Source: Neoconidiobolus thromboides FSU 785 (taxonomy: Eukaryota; Fungi; Entomophthoromycota). Taken from it: a stretch of DNA of 64,000 nucleotides. The stretch spans positions 124,001-188,000 of the forward strand of contig MU626263.1 of assembly GCA_025603075.1 (NCBI GenBank). Direction: 5' to 3'. The translations under genes were made by a program, and so were the position numbers. The notes under the pieces were generated by a model. It did not search any database, was not told the DNA's origin, and saw nothing but the letters and a program-made list of their open reading frames with translations. Shown one piece after another: positions 1 to 12,827 of the stretch (the first letter of the stretch is position 1; every line of letters starts with the position of its first letter).

Positions 1-1076
1 ATCATATAAAAAGATATTTTTTATAGTGAATATTGCAATACCCTGTGAGAATCAGTATAAATATCAGGGTTAAAAAATACTGCAACAATAAGATCTATCA
101 AATTGTATTTTTAGTTAAATATACAAAGCTTTTAAAATCGAAAAATCCCTATTGTTAAAAAAAATTAATAAATGAATGAAAAAGTCAAAACAATCAAAAT
201 GAAGAAGCATTGCATGAAAATTCTTTATTGAAAATACATAAATACTTTTTTCTGTTAGATAAAAAATTATACAACATCAATTAAATACCCATTTTTTTCT
301 AGATGTAACCTTTTATCTATTGTTTATATACTATTAAAGTTAATATCTTTACTACATAATAACCTTTTCTTTTTTAAGATAAGAGATACATACCTATATC
401 AACCGATCTCAAGATCTCTTTAATAACCAAAGGTTTTAAAAAAAATTATATTAACGATGAAAATCAATATATGCGAAACCGTCATAGACTAATAACTATT
501 TATTATGATCCTTTAATGTGCCATAAACTTGATGTCGGCTCAGATAAAGCAGAACGATTTCTTATTGTATTTAAAACGGAAACTAAATTATAGGGTTGGG
601 ATGGTACTGAAAAAGGAAAACATACCTTCGGTATAAAATAGCTATCCTTTAAGCTGACCGGAGTTGGAAAGGTTTAAACAAAAACTCATGTCTAAAACAA
701 GTTTTTCACAGTGTGCGTCAATTTTAAATAGATTTGAGAATACTGTAAAAAAAAAAAGAGATAGTTTTCACAAAAAAATGTTATCAAGTGTAAATAATTT
801 TGAGAATAACAGCGAATGTTTTATATAAACTACTATATATCTGTTACTCTATTTTTACAAAGTATGTTTTTAGAACAGTCTATACAATAATCTTAAGAGT
901 TACGAACTAATAGAATTCAATCACTTAACGCTATTAAAATTGTTTTTGAAAAATAGTCCCAAAATCTATTTATTAATGAAAAACTACGTCTTAGATGTAA
1001 TATTGTCCATAAAATATTTTACAATCTTGTTTTTATTTTTATTTTATTCTGGTGGAAATTAATCTAATTATATTAT

Positions 1077-2060
1077 CTATTTCTTTTTACCCTTTCCTTT
1101 AGTTGGTACAGCTGCTGGAGCTTCAGCGCTTTCCTTCTTTTTAGGTTTGCAAGTAAAATCAAGGGATGGTAATTCAACATTAAAGATTTCCTTATGTAAT
1201 CTAAGACCAACTTCATACATATTGGCATTTGGATTTTTCTTCATTTCTTCCAAAATAGCATCAGCTAAGATTTTGGGTTTTGGTGTAATGTCAGAAAGCT
1301 TCACTTTTTTATCTTCTAAGTCTTTTAACGTTTTGTTGATATCTTCATATTCATATCTATCTGCACGGATACCCACGCCTGGTGGTGCATTTGTTTTAAG
1401 GTACTCCAATAAATTATTTAAAGCTTCTGGATGGGCATCTTTTAATTGTAACAATCTTTTATGAGTTTTCCTTTCAAAGACTTCTTGTCGTTTTTTATGA
1501 ACGAATGGTGACTTTGGAACCGCCCAACGTTCAGTTTTAGTTGGCAATGAAACCATACCACTGCATGGAATATTCAATTCATATGAAGCACGTCTTGCGA
1601 AATCAACATAGAAATCAACAATTGAAGGAATGAAACTTCTAAAATGTAAGTTACAGCTGACTATATTATGCTTGGACTCAACTTTTTGTGGTTCTAATAT
1701 ATTTAATTTTTAATAAAAAGAAATTATGTTTATTTACTTACTTTTATAAATTGGATCAATGTTCTCGGAGTCATTAACTTTAACTGCATTTCTATCTGGT
1801 AAAACTGGGAGATCGGCAATTGGGTCAAACATACTAAAGTTTTTATTGTTAGTTTATGGCCATTAAGTTGATCATTAAATTGATATCAATAAACTTATAA
1901 ATATTTACGTTGATATTTCACGAGCTTTAATTGCTGATATTTTTGGTATAGCAGCTATCTAAAAGGTTATTATATAAGAAGCTCCTAGATTTAAAATATA
2001 GTTTACCTTTGAAGCATTTGATAATATTAAACTGATAGTAGGTCTAACTCGAGACATCAT
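1077..2060 (-). CDS. RSM10: Mitochondrial small-subunit ribosomal protein uS10m, multi-exon
   Basis: Last exon has the uS10 signature LPTKTERWAVPKSPFVHKKRQEVFERKTHKRLLQL. The N-terminus MMSRVRPTISLILSNASK (ATG at 2060) looks like a presequence. GT-AG introns lie between. Confidence 0.9.
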
Positions 2061-2298
2061 CTTTGATTTTAAATGGTCTTATATTTAACACAAACTCTAA
2101 ATTGGATTATCAAGATATTAAAAAATCAGAACTGCAAAATCTTATTGATTCTGTAAATTGAATTTATGCAAAATACTTTCACATTAGTTTGGATAATTTG
2201 GATTAATTTACTCATTTAATTTTGAATAAAAAAATCCCATATAAAAATAAATTCAAATTTCAATTAGATAATCTTTAGTCAATACTCAAAATCAAAAT

Positions 2299-3145
2299 AT
2301 GAGTTTCAGGAAAGAAGCAAGTAAAGTCATCAAAATGACCAAGGACATGGTCAAGGGGAAGCTTATAAGCGAGCCCAAATGGTTAAAAGCAGCAGAAAAA
2401 TTCCCAAATAGCACAAGTTTTGTACGCAGTCCTTCAACGTTTACAATTGATGCTGCATTGCCATTTGAAACCGATTTTAAAAAAATAAACAAAATAGTCC
2501 AATTTTCTAGTAATAACGCTTTGAAAGGGAAAGCCACTCTTAAAAAAACAAAATTTGTTTCCCCAATACCACCAAAGATTGTTTATCCTGAAGATGAGCT
2601 ACGTAAAGAATTCTTTAAAGATCACCCATTTGAGTTGGTTCGCCCTGTAAGTCTAGTAGAAAAGGACGGAACACCTGGAGAGTCTTGGGCAAAACTTTTG
2701 TCGGAGGATAAGTCAAAGAAAGTTTCATCTGAAGAGTATGATTTGTTTATTTGTTTATTAAGCGCCTACTAATTTTTTAGCGTTATCAAGTTCCAACTTT
2801 ATTTAATGACTCAAGGTATTACTAAAAACGAAGCTTACGAAATAGCTACAAGGGAATTAACTAAACATCGTATTGCTGAAGAATATGAGGAAGAAATGGC
2901 CATTAATCAAGCCAAGAAATTAGGAGTTAAATTGAGTAAAGATGCTGTTCAACAAGGATTAGAACAAGAAGCTATACATTTAGAAAAGAGCAGAGAAGCA
3001 ATCGAACTTTCGGACGCTTTGTAATTTATTTTTTATTTATTTACTCAAATATTTAACTATATTTCTTTATAGACGCAAATCACAGGAATTTACCGCTGAG
3101 AAATCTTTCAAGGAGGAAGAGCCTATTTCTAATCCAAACTTGTAA
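2299..3145 (+). CDS. RSM25: Mitochondrial ribosomal protein mS23 (Rsm25-like), 3 exons
   Basis: EPKWLKAAEKFP and PPKIVYPEDELRKEFFKDHPFELVRP match the fungal Rsm25/mS23 family. The third exon 3073-3145 restores the frame to TAA. Confidence 0.8.
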
Positions 3146-3842
3146 AGTTGTACAATTAAATTGTACTAAAATTACTCAATTATAATAGAAGTATAAAGGT
3201 AGAAATTAATATTCTTCAAAAAGTTCATTACTTTGTATTTTAATTTTAAATATTAAACTGTACTTGTTTAAATGATAAACAATATTTCCTAATGATGAGC
3301 ATTTTAAAAGGCGAGTATGAATGATATAACTAAGTGTAGCACCTTAATCTAATGAATTCAAAGCGTTTTGTAAACCTTTGATTTTGCATTAAGGGAGCTT
3401 AAAGGAAATATCTTGATTTTAACTGAATCAAACAATAATCTCTGAAGGAATCTAAGCTATATTTAAAATTTTAATGATCATGCTTCTCAAATATCGTATA
3501 ACTGCTTCTAACCGTCTCAACCTTTTTTAGGTATAGCATATTATAGTAACTATTTTTTATGGTTTGTAATAAAAATAATAAAAGACAATTGTCATTATAC
3601 ACACAAGCGTAAAAATCTAATTCAATTACAGCATCGAATTTTACTTTTATCTTATTTATAGTAATAAACAGTAATTTAAATTATATATATTATAAACATA
3701 CTTTATAACAATTCCTACAACTAATATCTTAGATAAAATGGAAGCTTTATTTTCAAAGTACGATTCTATAAAATCATATTGCTTATAGCTTAATGATATT
3801 CTAGCTATAGGTTTAATGCGGTTTGACGATTATCTGTTTGCT

Positions 3843-6386
3843 TTAACGAATAAAAGCGTTAGCACTTTTAAAAACAGAATCAAAATTAATTAATGGTGAG
3901 ACTGTTTGATGAGACATTAAGGTTAGACTTGATGCTAATTGACAATCCTTTATAACTAAAGGTAACGTATCTTTAGGGAAGGTAAGGGCCCCGCACCTAG
4001 AATACACCATTTCATTTTGATTGAAATAATATGACAAAAAAGAGCTTAAGGAACCAACCAAACTAAAAATAAATTAGACATTTTTGCCATTATATGTATG
4101 TAATTATTACCTATCGCCAGCTCCAGATACAGAAACAGGAGAATTAATAACTTTTGGAGGAGGAATATGAGATGTTGTAATGTCATCATTGTAATTTTGA
4201 ATTAACAAAACACCCTCAGAACCTAATTTGATAACTAAATAAGGAATAAACTTGGATAATTCTATACCCAGTTTGGTAGTATCATTTATACTCAAATTAT
4301 CATTTACTTGTAGACCGAAGTACTTTTCATACATTGCTTTAAGTTCATATTGATTTGGTGAAGCAAAAGTAGGAGCTAAACCATTATCATTGAAGATGCG
4401 TGTAGATTTTTTTATTGATGTGGGCTCAAAAATGGTAACTATTTTATTTTTATGGCTTTCTTTTAATATCTCCTCAATTGATTTTGGTGATAAATTTCCA
4501 TCAAAACATATCACTTTCGGCTTTATTGTGTCTATTTTATCTTTGATCAAAGAAGGTGTAATCTGATTTTCAATGATACTCATATCGGCTATTGCCCCAA
4601 ACAATTGTCCCTTTGAAGTATGAATTGCATGATATACTGAAGTTGTTTCTTCATTCGATGATTTAATGATGTTATTTGAGTCCTAAATAATATAAATCAA
4701 ACCTAATAGTAAAGTAAAACAAACATACCAACCCATAATTATTAAGTGATTTTAATATATAGTCACCGTACATATCATTTCCAACCACACTTAAGAAAGT
4801 AGTTTCACTCCCTAACTGTCGTGTGGTTCTAGCCAAATTAGCGCCAACGCCACCTAATTCAATCACGACTTTCCCTGGACTAGATGTATTCAATAGATCC
4901 TGATTGTCACCATTGGTACTTGTTCCCACTACATCTACTCCACAGCCTCCGATTATTAATAGTGTATTATTCCCATGTTTATTAACTAAAATTACAAATT
5001 TAAAAAAGCTTTGAAAATATATATTAATTTAAACACGTAAGTTATTTCAACAATAATAAAAACACCATTTAATATAATATTAAATTAGAAATTTCATACA
5101 TTTTAATTATCTTCAGTAAATACTTTAAGGTTATAGTACATAATGTACTAAACTTTTATTTTAATTACCTTTTCTATTATCAGTGCTATATTGTCTCTTT
5201 GAAAGCATATTGGCGAGTCTTCCACCAACTACAGCATTATTTTTAACTAAAGAGATGTTGGAGCTTAAAGATTTTCCTTTTGTTAACTCGTTAACTCTTT
5301 TAAGTAAAAATGGTGTAACATGTTTTCCTTCAATATTTTGAGCCACACTTTCTTCAACTGCCATATTTATAGCAGATTGAATTTCATCTCCGGCTTTAGA
5401 GAACTCCGGTGGAATAGGCACGCCAATAACAATACCAGATTGTAAGCCAAGTTTTAAATGAGAGTCTAATAAAAACAGTTATAAAAAACAATCTAAATGA
5501 GAGTAATATACCTATTAAGTTAGTAGCTTGTTCTATTTTTTTCAAATGGATAGGAGACTTGTATGGCGAAGTAGGGGTAAAAAAGGCAGGGAAATAATCA
5601 GTTTCGCCTAAAGTAGCAACTGCTACACCTTGAGTTTCCAAATACTCTAAGGTGCTGCCAATATCTAATATCGACTTTGCTCCTGCGCAAATAACAGTTA
5701 TTGGGGTACGACCCAACTCAGTTAAGTCAGCGGAGATATCAAAAGCTAAAATTTAAGTTAGATTAGCTAAGATAAGTTGAAAAATATACTTTTTTCCGCA
5801 CCACGATGTACTCCCCCAATGCCGCCAGTAACAAATATTGGTATACCAACTTTATGAGCTAAAATCATAGTGCTTGCAACAGTAGTAGCGCCAATCAATT
5901 TCTTTAAAAATTAGCAAATATTAAAAATAACTGTAAAATGAGTTATACTTCTGATATAGTATAAGATAAATCTCTTCTAGATACTTTCCTAGCCTTTAGT
6001 CCAGCTTCACCCAACATATTCAACTGTTCTTTTTCAAGTCCAATATGTACATTACCATTTAAAAGGGCAATGGTGGCTGGGATACTCCCTTGTTCCCTTA
6101 TTATTCCTTCAACTTCAGCTGCAGTTTCAACATTCTGTGGATATGGCATACCTTAAATTCCATTAGGTATTTATGCCATATGTTTAAACCATTCTAGCTT
6201 ACCATGAGAGATAATAGTAGACTCTAACGCTACTACTGGTTTTCCAGTTTCTAAAGCATCCCTTATTTCTTCGGTTATTTTAAAATTTGATGGTAGTGAA
6301 TTCAAACTTTTGTTATGTAAAGATCTAATTGAATTTCTTTTTATTTGTGATACTAAATTACGTTTAAAATTTATTAGTTTTAACAT
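3843..6386 (-). CDS. Pseudouridine-5'-phosphate glycosidase (PsuG/IndA) fused to a PfkB-family kinase (PsuK-like), multi-exon
   Basis: PsuG motifs [54 protein letters not shown] and VTPFLL are followed by PfkB motifs [25 protein letters not shown] and VSGAGD. Exons join through GT-AG introns. Confidence 0.9.
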
Positions 6387-7212
6387 TTTGACTTTGAAAG
6401 ATAATTAATAGTTGAATTTTTTGATTTATATACAGTTTATTATTAAATAGTATTGACACCAACTCACCGAATCAAATATTATTTCCGAACAGCCAATAAT
6501 AGCTAAGATTCAATACTATTCTACGTAAGGTTGAAGCTATTCTTAATCTTAATGAACAATATATATTATAGGACTGGTGTTAAAATGTAATGACCAGATT
6601 AATTGATAGATCCGAATGCATTTATTCTACGAATTCCAATTTTGTTAGATACTTTTAATTTTGTGAAAAATATCTAATATCTTTAGGAAGAATTATTTAG
6701 GTGGTTTTAAACTATCGGAATTAGTTTTCATGATAGTTTATAATTCAATTTATTGGACTTTTAAGAAATCATATTAAGTTACACTAGTCCTTATAAATTA
6801 ATCATTTTATTTTGTAAGACTCTGATATTGAAATCTTCTTCACAAAAAGTACATCGATTACACCTATTGATACTTAGCGCTTCCACGAACGCTTACTTTG
6901 TGTTTTATATTTGGGCTAGTTTAAACCCAAGAGGTTATGTTAAAGTTAAAGACACTTAGGTGCAAGTAGTAGCTTGCATTTCGCTGCTTAAAAAAACAGT
7001 AACTACAAAAAGCTATAAAGGAAACTAAAAAAGCTTAATACCATCCCTTGAACTATTTGATAGTAACAATCTTCACCAATATCACTCGGTAATATTTAGC
7101 TTGTATTATGTATTCAAGTCTATTTAAACCTTCAATGTCTAGCTTGCTCTTCAAGATCATCTTAGTACCGTTGATATTATGTACCATTTGAAATTACTGT
7201 CAAAGCTGATGA

Positions 7213-7318
7213 ATATAGGGATATATTTTTGTGTTTAAAAATTTTCTAACAAACTTTCTGCTCAAATAGCACTTAAAAAACGGAAAAGGTGATGAAACCA
7301 AAAAGAACGTTCTCATAT
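7213..7318. mobile_element. ~105-bp MITE-like fold-back repeat, copy 1
   Basis: ATAT-AGGGATATATTTTTG ... CAAAAAGAACGTTCTC-ATAT with family core CTCAAATAGCACTTAAAAAACGGAAAAG. Confidence 0.7.
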
Positions 7319-8390
7319 CTTGTTCTGAAGAACAAACTTCTCTTAATCTATCAAATCCAATGGCTGATACAATCAATTCTAAATAATAATAATAGCTTTA
7401 TTGTTACTGTTCAATTGCCATTATCTTTCCTTCAGGCTCTTTATTGTTTGATAAGCTTTCTAGAATCATAAGTTAAACCATGGTTTGAGATTTTAAAGGA
7501 CCTATAACCCCATGATTATTTTAATGTGCCAATGAGGTCTTATCACCAGTACTACGATATTTTAAATAGCTTGAGCAAATTTGACTATGTTATCTTGTTA
7601 TTTGTTCACTTTTCCTATAAGTTCAAATATATTATTTTCTTTTAATATACAAATCAAGCGTATATATCATAAGTTTTTTACACGTACTGTACGAAGCACA
7701 AAAAGAATAAGAGCTAATACGTCTCTAATATGTAAAATAACAATAACACTAAACCTTTGATATCCTTATAAAAGGTTATTTAAACAATTGACTATACTTT
7801 TAGATTCTTTTACATGTTGAGACCTTAGTCTTAATTTAATTACTAATTTATAGTTATCCGTTTTTAATCTAATTTTACATCTGTTTATACAACTATTGGA
7901 GCTTTAATTCCATATATCTATGTCGCCAAGGTCAGGATATTCATGGGTTACTTTGTTAAAAAATAATAGAAAATGAAAAATCTGAACAAGGCTAGATATA
8001 AACTTAATTTAGTTCTATTTGAATTGAAATCCAATATTACAATATCAAGATTTATGGGTATATTAGGATTTGTGTGATAGTTCTTAAAGAGTTGTAATAA
8101 GTATAAAATAATTAGCAAATATTAACATACTAAATAATATAATTATATTAGAAAACTAATTTTAATTTTTCAATTTTTCAATTTTTTATGAAGTTTATTA
8201 GATTTTTATTCTATATTTCAAATAATCATAATTGTTATAAAAATAAATATAAAAGTATAAATATTGAATAAAAATCTGACTTACTTAAATAGTATATAAG
8301 TTTTATTAAAAATGTTCATAAAATTCAGAATATTAATATTTCATTTAAAATCTATATTTAAAGTTATTTTAAGATAAATTATTATTTTTT

Positions 8391-8420
8391 AAATAATGAA
8401 ACCAAAAAACATTCTCATAT
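8391..8420. mobile_element. Partial end fragment of the MITE-like repeat
   Basis: AAATAATGAAACCAAAAAACATTCTCATAT matches one terminus of the family. Confidence 0.5.
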
Positions 8421-10217
8421 AATTATTTCTTTATTACAGCTTATTAAAAGAAATTTATGCCTATTTTTTGTTTAATTTTTGTGACACTTGTTCAACTTTT
8501 ATTGACGCTAACTCTGGAATTTAATAAATTACTAAATGTTTTTAAAGTGTTCTTGTTATATGCATAAGCATTTATAATTTCAACATGCTTCTGGAAGATT
8601 CACCTATACTATACTAAATTACCAATTAGTAATTTGATTGCCCTGTAATCTTAAAACGCCAATAGCTCACCTTTAGACAAATTTATACAAGGCAGGATAT
8701 AAAATTATTATAATTTACCACATATAGACGCTGGTAAAGAAGTTCTCAAATGTTTACTAAACTTTTAGTCAATGCCATCTCTTTCATAGCTATCATCTTC
8801 ATAACTCATTATAAATTACCCTACATTTCACTCATTTAACAAGTATTTCCAACGCCAATAAAACACTTAAGGGCTTATACCTTTTCAAGATTTTAATTCT
8901 TTTTAAAGTATAAATGAGTTAAAGAAACACTTATAAATAATTATAATAGTATTATCATTCATGATAGTTATAAATAGATTTATATATTTGCTTAGCACTC
9001 AATTTTTTAGCTCTAATTTAGTAACTTATTATATACTACAAGGAACTAAAATACATCATGGTGTTATATATTATAACAAGTTAATGTATGCTATAATTAA
9101 AGACAGTTAAAAATGTTAGTACAAGAGCAATTAAAACTTTGAACCAAATAAATAAATACATGGGTTTGGTAAACTTACTTATTATGTCCTTTATAACTTA
9201 CTTATCAAGCTTAAGGAATAATTTCACTTTGTATGTTCCTATGAATGAAATATTCATCAAAATTCATCACAAAAGGTTCATCTGAATCTACCAAAATCCA
9301 AGAAATTTCAAGCTGGATTTTATGTCACATAAATATTTTTTAGATTCCAATATTCAAGTTATTTTATTGTTATTTCATTTATTTTCAAACTTAGAGCAGC
9401 ATTTAAAATTGCAAATGACAGAATTATTTTTAAAAACAACTCTGTTTAAATTTTCCCATCACTTCCTATTTGCTTATTAATTCCTCAACTCAAAATTATA
9501 ATTAACTCAGATATTCTTTAACCAACTAAATAAATAAAAAAGTCCATATCCAATTAAGGTTCTATAGTGTAACATTTATAGTAAAATAGAAGACTATGAT
9601 GAATAGGTAATATTGGCTTGAATACAAGGATCTATCGATATTAACATAATGTTTAGATTAAAAATAAAGTTAACAACTAATTATGGGACTTTTAGTTGAA
9701 AGTGGAACTAAAACTTTTAATTGGTATTATGTGGTATGAAAATAAAAAGGTTAAAATAAGTAAAATTTATTTTTAGATTCAATAGTGTAGCTTTATGCAT
9801 ATAATTATTGAAATAAAGTGGCAAATATTATTTTCATCTTGCATGGGAAATATCTTATAATGACACAATAAATTTATAAAGTGGATATCGAATTGCTTCC
9901 TTTGGACTTTGGTCCCGAAGCACAAATGAAGAAAATATCTCACACTCCTCATTAATCCAAAGCCTCATTCTTTCGAATCGATGTTTTGTCTCTATACCGC
10001 CTATTCACTCCACTAACATCTATCCTTTTTAATTTTTCTTAAAATCAATTTTTATAGCTTCTTTTTTAATTGATTTTTCTTTATTTAGAATCAAGCATTC
10101 ATTTAACAAAATGGAAACTTTATTACAAGTATATAAATAAAATTAACTCTCACTTATAAATGTAAAAAAGTTTTTTTTCTCACTTCAAGCTTTAAACTCA
10201 ATTACAAAACTCAAATA

Positions 10218-11087
10218 ATGGCAGGTGAATTTGTAAAAAGTTTTCTTGTTGGTTATTTGATGTTTCTACAATTTCAAGGTCAAGCGGTATGGAATATATT
10301 AAATTCAAAGTTTGATTCTTTTTCTCTATTATTAATTGGCTCTTATCTATGTGCATTATCAACCTACTTCATATCTTCTTTCTTTTTTTATCTTGTTGAT
10401 ATTCATTACTTTACGAACTATTCACAATATAAAATCCAACAACGTAAAAAAGAAGTTCACAAAGACTATATAAAAGCATTGCCAGTTGTTTCCAAGAATT
10501 TTTTGTTGATTGCATTTCCATATTCCTATTCATTATATTATTTGTTGCATCCCACTTCTCCGATGTATTCCTCTTTAGAACGGGCAAAGGAATACTTTAG
10601 TCAGGTACCTACAATTGGCCAGTTTCTAAGAGATATCATCATTTATTTACTTATTACTGAAGTTGGGTTTTATTATGTTCATCGATTACTTCATCATCCT
10701 TTACTTTATGCTAAATTTCATAAACTGCATCATGAGTTTACCGCCCCCATTGGTTTAGCAGGTAAGTTCATTTTTCTATATTCATTTTATCCTTTATTAA
10801 CTTGAATAGCTGTTTATGCCACTGTCCCTGAATTCATGTTTTCTAATATGTTACCGTTAATGTTGGGTCCATTAATATTAAGGTCTCATCCACTCACTGT
10901 TTATTTTTGGTTTATATTTGCAATTTTAAATACAGTGACAGTTCATTCTGGTTATAACCTTCCCTTTTTACGTCCTGCCGCTGGTCATGATTATCATCAT
11001 GAAAAATTTCACTATATGTTTGGGTTGCTGGGCATCCTAGATCGTTTCCATAAAACGGATGGTGATTTTAATAAGGCTAAGAAATAA
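10218..11087 (+). CDS. Fatty-acid hydroxylase/sterol desaturase superfamily protein, FAXDC2-like, copy A (intron 10762-10809)
   Basis: His boxes HRLLH, HKLHH, HSG and HDYHH. HEFTAPIGL and MFGLLGILDRFHKTD are typical of FAXDC2/ERG25-like oxidases. Confidence 0.9.
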
Positions 11088-11607
11088 GTCTTTCTTTCTT
11101 TCTTTAATATATTAAATTTTGGTCAAAATTAAGCCAAACTTATTGTAGTCACTGCCTATTGCAGTTATATATAACTCATGACTGGCAATTTGTTTATTTA
11201 TTTTTATTTGATGAGTTTATTATGAATTTTTTTTAGCAAGGGTTTTATTTCAATATTTAAATTAGATCCACTTCATATTAAAAGTGATTAGATAAATTGT
11301 TTTTTATAATTCGAGTAATCTCAAATTAAAAAGAGTATTTGATTTAATATAAACAAATTTCAAAGGTTGAACTATGTAATAAACTATAGCTTGATTATAT
11401 TAAATGAATATTTGTAATATTAGAAATTATCTAAATTTAACAAAAAATTTATAGCTTAATTTAAGTTTCATTTTAAAATATTTGTAAAAATACTCTTGTT
11501 TTGTTCAGTTTTTTTGATGATAGTTTTTACAATAGTAAAAACAATACAACAAAAGTCAATAAGTGAATATTAATATGAAATTAATTTTAAACTTTGGTTC
11601 ATTTTAA

Positions 11608-11712
11608 TATACAGGGATGTGTTTTGTACTTAACAGTTTTACTAACAATTTTTCCACCCAAATAGCGCTTAAAAGATGGAAAAAGTGATGAAATAAAAAA
11701 ACATCCTCATAT
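11608..11712. mobile_element. MITE-like repeat copy
   Basis: AGGGATGTGTTTTG ... TTTTTCCACCCAAATAGCGCTTAAAAGATGGAAAAAG ... AAAAAAACATCCTCATAT. Confidence 0.75.
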
Positions 11713-12069
11713 TTTAAACTTAGAGTTATTAGTTTTGTTAATTTATATTTTGAATATTACAATAAAAGTAATATCGTATAATGAACAATGTATCAATTCA
11801 TTATTCTATTTTAAAAAAACTTATTAAGTTAATTGATATTATAAATTAAATAATGATATAGTAATATTTAGATAGTTCTATATTTGATTTGATCCTCACT
11901 TTTGATATTAAAAATAAATAAGTAAACTGTAGAAACAATAGAAATATCTTATTATTCTAAATAATAGAATAACTAAAAAATAGACTAAAAACATTTTACT
12001 TGATAAACATATAATGCAATTCAATAAAGTAATGAAAATGACTTAATTCAACCTTACAATCTTTTTAAT

Positions 12070-12571
12070 TTAAACAAATAATCTTGGGGCTTTATTTTGT
12101 AAATATAAAAATTCGTCATATTTAACTAAATCTAAATAAATATTAAAAAATAAACAACTCAATCAAAACAAATAATATTAACCTTACCAAAATTATCGGG
12201 TAAAGCATAACAAGCAAGTGCAGAAATTTTACCATCTGGTAATGCTTTACCTACAATTTCTACAATTTTACTACGAACTTGAACATTCTGTTGAACAATA
12301 ATGACAATGGTTAAAAATAAGATAATATGATATAACAAAAACATGGAATTACATTATTTAATAAAATTTCAACTCTTCCACGATCCGATGCTTCAAGGAT
12401 ACCAAATTCTGGATTCATCTGATTTCAATTATTTCATCTTAATTTAACTAATACGAATTAATTCATAGATAAATTTAAACTTACACTTTCAACACTGCCA
12501 ACGATACGAACAACTTGATTGATGTGAGCATTGATTTGACTGGAATTAATTCTTAACGTTGGGGTATCCAT
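12070..12571 (-). CDS. RPA3: Replication protein A 14-kDa subunit (RPA3/Rfa3/Ssb3), 4 exons
   Basis: The spliced product MDTPTLRINSSQINAHINQVVRIVGSVES-MNPEFGILEASDRGRVEILL-NVQVRSKIVEIVGKALPDGKI-F-DLVKYDEFL fits the RPA14 OB-fold pattern and size. It is not intact in the ORF track. Confidence 0.75.
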
Positions 12572-12827
12572 TTTAAAATACTCAAGTTTTCAATAAATAA
12601 ATAAAAAGATGAGTTAAATAACATTAAGCTTGGTTCATCTTTATTTAGTAAATTGATGTCGAAAACTAAAATTTTGGGCCAATCAAATAGGTTGAATTGG
12701 ATGCGTTTATTGTATAGAATTTGATTTAAGGACAAAGTATAATAAAATTGATAATTTATATAATAAAACATTCGATTAATAAACATAAATTAATTATACA
12801 ATATAAGCTATTGTTTAAATATTTTTA

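Noticed and set aside
460-720. GC-richer intergenic patches (also about 6800-7620, 8550-8900, 9880-10020, 24480-24660, 48570-48900) as possible TE relics
   Set aside because: Only very short shared words and no convincing protein motif by eye. A database search would be needed.
1147-1464. Antisense ORFs in the track (also 2292-2537, 15688-15930, 15934-16146, 36242-36511, 51773-51967, 57132-57413, 63206-63700)
   Set aside because: They are shadow frames opposite well-supported genes and have no recognisable motifs.
7289-7471. Short ORFs overlapping MITE copies (also 48294-48494, 54076-54276)
   Set aside because: They begin in or run through the non-coding repeat and are chance open frames.
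12395-12402. GTATCCTT on the minus strand, resembling a U12-type 5' splice site
   Set aside because: It lies inside an RPA3 exon that reads through in frame (FGILE). No U12 branch site or compatible acceptor is needed.
12553-12786. 77-aa ORF upstream of RPA3
   Set aside because: It is an AT-rich read-through of promoter/UTR sequence in a frame that ends within the first RPA3 codons, so it is not an independent gene.
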